DNA of 64,000 bases from Hormiphora californensis. Its lineage: Eukaryota; Animalia; Ctenophora. Below the pieces are notes generated by a model. It did no database searches, was not told the origin of the DNA, and saw nothing but the letters and a program-made list of their open reading frames with translations. The translations under genes and the position numbers were made by a program. Of this stretch, positions 58,097 through 64,000 are shown in pieces (the stretch's first letter is position 1; each line of letters starts with the position of its first letter). The DNA lies in assembly GCA_020137815.1 (NCBI GenBank), contig CM035359.1:7378001-7442000 (forward strand), read 5' to 3'.

Positions 58097-60170
58097 CTAA
58101 AAGGAGAGTGGCTAGAAGGGAAGAGAATGGATATAAAGAAAGATTCCGTGAGAGAGAGGGCTAATACCTGACACCTATCAAATCTGCATGAGTAGTTAGG
58201 AACACTATTGGTGCGCGGTCGTGCCCACGGAAGGAGTGCTTGGATCATCTTGAAACCGGTTTTAAGTTAACTAATGCATATCCAAAAGTGTCTGTAGCTA
58301 TTTGGGTGATGTTCTGACAATCCAATCACGAGTTATGACCAAAAAACAGTCAAAAAAGACGTTTTAAAGTGACAAAAAGGAGGACCTGAACACAGCCCTT
58401 ATATGAAGGGTTAGGGCTATGAAACTTCTTGAGTGGACAGAGAATCGTCCCAATTTGCAGTGTCAACTTTGGAATAGTTTCTATCTTTTGTAGTTATCTA
58501 ATTAGAGCCGTTCAAACATGTGAGACGATCTGCAAAACAGGGTAATTTGGTACTGTTTCCGTCCCATATTGCTTGCTCTCACCGCTTGTATGCTTTAATC
58601 TGCTCTCTAATTGGGTAAATCTCGTCAAGTGATCACTTCACAAGCAAAAATACACAGTATTAGAGGCCCCTGCAGCATCTTCTCACATGTTTAAACAGCT
58701 GTAATTAGATAACTACAAAAGATAGAAACTATTCCAAAGTTGACACTGCAAATTTGGACGATTCTCTGTCCACTCAAGAAGTTTCATAGCCCCAACCCTT
58801 CATATAAGGGCTGTGTTCAGGTCCTCCTTTTTGTCACTTTAAAACGTCTTTTTTGACTGTTTTTTGGTCATAACTCGTGATTGGATTGTCAGAACATCAC
58901 CCAAATAGCTACAGACACTTTTGGATATGCATTAGTTAACTCAACAAATAGAAACACGTTGGTTTACAAACAAATGTTTCGATCTTGCGATCTCATCAGT
59001 GACACTGATGAGATCGCAAGATCGAAACATTTGTTTGTAAACCAACGTGTTTCTATTTGTTGTACTATCTGCTCTCGGTTCCACGCCGATAGAGCTCTCT
59101 TGTGGCCTACTGAAACAACAATATTGATATGCATTAGTTAACTTAAAACCGGTTTCAAGATGATCCAAGCACTCCTTCCGTGGGCACGACCGCGCACCAA
59201 TAGTGGTCCTGACTAGAGTACATGACGTGTGTGTGTCTGGGGATTAGGAAGGCTGAACACTATATGACACCTGAGCTGTACATGCCACATGCGTGTGTGT
59301 GTATGGGGGAGGAGGGGTGGATTAGGACACACCGCTGAATACTCAGTACAAAGTTATTCTGCAGAGCGGGATAGAGAGCGGGGATAGAGAGCGGGTTGTT
59401 GAGGAAAAGAGAGAGTGAGAGAGATAGAGAGAGTGAGAGAGATTTAGAACTGAGAGCTTAGAGAGCTAATGAGTCTTGACAGCAGTCTGAATATATGAGG
59501 TGCTTATGAATTGTATTGGAGAGCTCTGTGCTGGGAGGCAGATAAAGACGACATGCAGATATATTCTCAATATCCTCTTTGTCATTCTCCCTTCCACTGA
59601 CCACTGCTATAACACTTTGAGAGCTTGTACACCGTGGTGATTATCATCACCTCATTATCCTGTAGAACCCCTTTCATCACCATGGAAATACATGGTACGG
59701 GGCTCAAGCTCTTTGTTTTGTTGTAGCCTCTATAACACACCGTCTAACACCAGTGTTAATATTAACACCACCACTCTGAGAGCATCATATTATATTCAGG
59801 ACTGTGTGTACAGTGTCGTGGTTTTAGACAATTAATTGCGGTAAAACCCAAAGAAACCACAATTGTGTTACTTCATAGAGTGTTACAAAGATCTAATAGT
59901 GTTAATTACCATTTCTCTGTCGTGTGATCTAAATCAACATCACCAAGTGTTGACACTGTATCAATTCTACATAGTAGTCTGTCTGTCTGTGTGTTCAGAG
60001 AGATCACTGGAGACTTCTTTTTTAACCATCCCCCTCCCCCTTTTCAGACGGATATGGCGTATATTGAAAAGTACCCGGAAATATTTGACCACCGGATAGT
60101 CAATGATGATCTTGAAATGGCATTCTCCCAACTTACAAACGTCCTTCAACCGTTAATTTCTAGTCAATGA
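55321..60170 (+). CDS. GUK1: Guanylate kinase, 5 exons
   Basis: P-loop [14 protein letters not shown]; [23 protein letters not shown]; [25 protein letters not shown]; [29 protein letters not shown]; [17 protein letters not shown]. Exons ..55481, 55665-55752, 56385-56531, 57162-57299, 60048-60170; AATAAA at ~60223. Start ATG uncertain (55297/55309/55321/55339). Confidence 0.95.
56540..56648. mobile_element. 109-bp hAT-like MITE with 8-bp TSD
   Basis: TIR caggaaccgaccga / tcggtcggttcct; GTAAATGG duplicated at 56532-56539 and 56649-56656. Confidence 0.85.
57527..57683. repeat. (GA)n + (GAGACA)n microsatellite
   Basis: Direct reading. Confidence 0.95.
58193..59215. mobile_element. Foldback MITE with ~330-bp inverted arms; right arm interrupted
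   Basis: tagttaggaacactattggtgcgcggtcgtgcccacgg / ccgtgggcacgaccgcgcaccaatagtggtcctgacta; arms are reverse complements apart from the insertion at 58942-59125. Confidence 0.85.
58942..59125. mobile_element. Penelope-like/retrozyme-like mini-insertion with an inverted hammerhead pair, 18-bp TSD
   Basis: gatatgcattagttaact duplicated at 58924-58941 and 59126-59143; perfect palindrome 58942-59062 centred at 59002; CTGATGA-GATC-GCAA-GATC-GAAAC-attt-GTT from 59005. Confidence 0.8.
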
Positions 60171-60529
60171 ACACGATTTTGTGAATTTTCATTTGTTATA
60201 GAGACACATTGTGTGCGTCACTAATAAAACCAGTTTAATTTGTTATGTGTGAGAATTGTCAATTACTGCATCGCCTTCAGCTTCAAAATCAGAGTTTTTG
60301 CTTTGTATATCTGTAGCGCGCGGTGATTGAAATGTTGGAAACATCGCGCGTGGTGTGATTTGGCAACGCGCATTTCTGACGCGCGCAATAAATCGTAGTG
60401 AGCCGCGGATTTTATTTTTTTTAAAGTTTGGATTTTTGTTGTGCCTTGGATTTTTCGAAATTTTTTTCTAAACCCCCCGAAATATCGAGAAACATCATTT
60501 TGCTTACGGCTTACCAACCGGAGTGATAA

Positions 60530-60827
60530 CTCAATTTCTTTACATCACTTAATGTTTCTCTCCTCTGGACGGAGAAGGAGCTACCACCCTGTGAAAATCC
60601 GGAGAATCCATACTCCGAATCATTTGACAGCAAAACAACCATCCTTCCACTCGAGATATTATTGGATATAATGAGTTACATGGATCGCAGTAAGGATCTT
60701 GCTCAATGTGGTGCGGTATCTCATCGATGGAGGGATGTTTCTGATAACATTCTCTCCTCCAGAACCCAGTCATTGGCCTTCTCTGAAACACCAGATGGAG
60801 GAATATATATCATATCTTTTTAACCAA
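60530..60827 (+). CDS. F-box domain exon (gene fragment, not in the ORF track)
   Basis: The open frame 60530-60823 reads ..TTILPLEILLDIMSYMDRSKDLAQCGAVSHRWRDVSD.., matching the F-box consensus LP.EIL..I.SYL...DL.....V...W. No in-frame upstream ATG; possible donor at 60828. Confidence 0.6.
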
Positions 60828-60939
60828 GTAATCGTATAGCTTATCTACACCGTTATCTACTGAATTAACTAATATTAATCATTAATCTACTACTTTTTTT
60901 ATGATTGGAATTCTAAATTCTTCTTTTTAATTATAACTA

Positions 60940-61766
60940 CTAGAGTACCCGTTTGCTGGGAACCCGTGACCTGGTAAATGGTAATTTATCCTCATATAAC
61001 CGGTGACATTTGTGTTTGATTTTTAAAAGATAAATTAATTTGTTTGTTCCTTAGAGCAATGAGTCTCATAGTAGGAGCGCGTTAAAATTTTGGCGAGGCG
61101 GGTAAATCATTTACTGTAACACGCGAATTTTCCCGAAAAAGCGCTGCTTTTTTACGCCGCGCGCGGAACCTAGAATTACGCGCGCAGTGTAAAATTTTAA
61201 AATTCATTGTATTGAAAATTTCCTCGCCAAAAAAAAGTCGACGAAAAATTCCAAATTCGTGAATTATAAGAACTCCGGTCAGTTCTCATCTTGCCAACCC
61301 GTTTTCCGGGAACCCCTGGCCAAAGGACATTAAAATTCACATACCGACCAAGTTTCATATCGATTGGATAAGATTTTGGGTGGCTACGGTGAAAAATATC
61401 GCATTTTTGGCATTTTTAAACTTTCCCGACGCGATTTACGACCCTTAAACATTGAGTTACGGGAAATCGCTATCAGGTAAAATGAAGTTCAAACGATTCT
61501 CTTTCCCCACTATTGCGTTAGTTTTTTGATTTAGAGCCGTTTTCAGGGTCTTAGAAGCGTTTGAAAAATGTAAGTCTTTTTGTCGCAATGACGTCACCCC
61601 GTGACGTCACTGTTGTAAAGATCGGATCAAAAATCTGAGCCCGTACTTACACCCGCCTTGGTCCAAAGTACCAGTGTACAAATTTTCAGGGGTCTAGCTC
61701 AAAAACTGTAGGAGGAGTAGGGAGAAAACAATTATCGGACTAACATTATGGAATTTATTATATGGA
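60940..61766 (-). mobile_element. Non-autonomous Helitron, copy 2
   Basis: Same termini and body as 16913-17643, plus ~115 bp extra at ~60986-61100. Confidence 0.75.
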
Positions 61767-62246
61767 TTTTAATTAACTTATTCATACAGTCCCTCAGTGT
61801 GTACCCACCTTTATCTATCTACTGTTTCTGTATGGACTGCCGCACAAGAAGGCTGGCTTAAGAGCTCTGGCGTTTTAATTATGAGTTATTTTTTCTCTGT
61901 TTTTTGCGTTTATCTCTTAGCTATATTGAGTCAATTTGCGGGGTATCAAATGTAACAATTGAATTGAATTGAATTGAATTGAATTTTATGTGGAGGATAT
62001 AATGATGATAATGATTATGATGACGATGTCTTTGGCCAGCTTCAAGATAAAGAGTTGTGTTCGAGTTTTAAGGAAACTCAGTATCTAGTAAATATATCTC
62101 AACACGGAGTTAGACACCTTCTCCTAAACCATGGGAGTTTTGATGTGACGTATTGGGATCTAATAGGGATCCCTAAAAAAGTTCAGTATTTACACAGCGT
62201 TTACACAGTCTTTACACAGTCGTTAAAGTCGGATTTTTTGAAGTTG

Positions 62247-64000
62247 TTTACAAGTTTACAAGTTTACAAGTTTACAAAAATAGATTCGGTATACAATGCA
62301 TTATAAAGACAAATATACCACGTTCTCAGCATGATGCTTCTACGTACAATGATGTGAATGATGCAGTGACCAACATACACTACCCAGGGGGGAGCAGTGT
62401 AACCAATGAGTTGTCGTTGGGACTCCTGTAGCCCCGAACTGGAGGGTGATCAGGTATACCATCCAGGAACTTGCCGAGAGAAACTTTGAGATCCTCTAGT
62501 GTTTCGCATCTTCGAACTTCTTTCGGCATCCTATTGAAGAGCTTGACTGACCTCACTGAGAATGATCCTTCCCTGATGGTCTCAATTGAATCTTGGGCCG
62601 AAGTGTAAAGGTCCGGGTATTCAGCTAGGAGACCTCGCCGTGGATGGACCTTGAATGACTCGTCCACGGGCCTGGTGGTATGGTTCGGGACGAGTCCATG
62701 ATATACTTTCCAGAGATGGATTATCATAAATCGCTCCCGTCGCCGTTGAAGTGACTGGATCCCCAGGAACTTGAGCCTCTCCCAGTAGTCCATCCCGATG
62801 CACTCCTCGATCCGCCGCGTAAAGAATCTCTGGACTCCCTCGAGCTTAGCAATGTTACTAATCGTCGTGGGAGACCAGAGAGCCGAACAGTATTCTAGCT
62901 TTGGCCTGACCAATGCCTTGAAAAATGTTATCATCGTTCGTTTCGACCGGTTTCTGAACACTCCGAGGGCCCATCCAGCGATCCTCTTGGCCTCTGTTGC
63001 GATGGTTGCGATGTGGAAATCGAACTTTCCATCCTCTGTCAGGTATATCCCAAGGTCTTTTACTCCGAATTCTGCTTCGATGATATCTCCGTTCGGGTTG
63101 AAGTAGAAATAGCATTCAGCATTGAAAGGTAGATCTCTCAGTGGCTTCGTGGAGTTTAACCTGTAATTCAGGACCTGAAACTTTTTCTCGTGGAGAGCCA
63201 TGTTGTTCTTCCGGCTCCACTCCTCTATCAAGTTCAAGTCTCTCTGGAGGCTGTCCCTATCGTTCAGGTCCCTGATATCTTGACCAATCTTGGTATCATC
63301 AGCGAAAGTTCCAAGTTTTCCGGTCGTTCCTGATACCAGATCGGTAATGTAGATAATGAACAATAGTGGGCCCAAGACTGATCCTTGAATGACACTGCTG
63401 ATCACCGCCTCCATCCTCGATCTGCATCCTTCCAGTACGACAGTCTGCGATCTTCCTGTGAGAAAAGCTTGTATCCACATGAACAGCTTCCCAGTTACTC
63501 CATACCTTTGAAGCTTTTGAAGAAGGACTTGAATATCAACTTTGTCAAAAGCCTTCTCAAAATCTATGTAGGCTACGTCTACTTCTAGTCCACTGTTCAG
63601 ACTCTCCAGAATCGTGTCGTAGTGTAACAGTAGCTGTGTGAGACAGCTCCGACCAGCCCGAAAACCATGCTGCTCCTCATTCAGGATTCCACTGTTCTCC
63701 ACGTAGTCCGAAAGTTGTGTCCTCACTACTCTCTCAAATGTCTTGACCAGATGCGAAGTTAGTGCAACTGGGCGGTAGTTCTCTGGTTGACATTTGTTGC
63801 CCTTCTTGAAAATTGGGGCAATCTGCTGCTCCTTGAGTTGTTGAGGTATAAAGCCGGCCTCAAATGAGCGACTCCAGAGTTTCCATAACGGGTATGCCAG
63901 TACTCCTCTGCAGTCGTGGAGAATCTTTGCGGGAATATCTCCATCCGGCGCAGCAGAATGGGGATTCAGTTCCGCAAGGGCCTCCTCGATAGTAGATGGG
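62247..64000 (-). mobile_element. CR1-type non-LTR retrotransposon (RT ORF2), extends beyond the window
   Basis: Uninterrupted frame from the window end (PIFKKG..ENYRPVALTSHLVKTFE) through QHGFR, YIDFEKAFDKV, QGSVLGPLLF, FADD, KDLG, RPKLEYCS to the stop at 62380; short 3' UTR ending in a (gtaaactt)n tail. Confidence 0.93.

Overview
Eukaryotic (animal) genomic DNA with short spliceosomal introns, many (CT/GA)n tracts and many small non-autonomous transposons. A short intronic repeat (56540-56648) matches a family I remember from ctenophore (Pleurobrachia) gene models, so a ctenophore source is likely but unverified. Contents: (1) 1-15.7 kb, a same-strand cluster of about four genes carrying 19 copies of an unusual paired zinc-finger module, C-x2-C-x12-H-x6-S-x-D-F-x3-4-H-x(6-20)-C-S-Y-C-x12-H-Q-x3-C, which I cannot assign to a named family; (2) the last exon of a KLF (KLF5-like) transcription factor, minus strand, in low-quality sequence near a 100-N gap; (3) TFIIA large subunit (GTF2A1, minus) with two QVD/G Taspase-type sites; (4) a long multi-exon Cbl E3 ligase (TKB-RING-Pro-rich-UBA) with two very large candidate alternative 3' exons; (5) guanylate kinase; (6) an F-box exon missed by the ORF track; (7) a CR1-type LINE open to the window end. 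Mobile DNA includes nested and foldback MITEs, non-autonomous Helitrons (one with its empty site preserved next to it), a tandemly amplified Helentron-like element, and two unrelated ~0.2 kb insertions, each a palindromic pair of hammerhead-ribozyme cores flanked by long target-site duplications (Penelope-like). Several single-base frameshifts in coding regions are most likely assembly errors.
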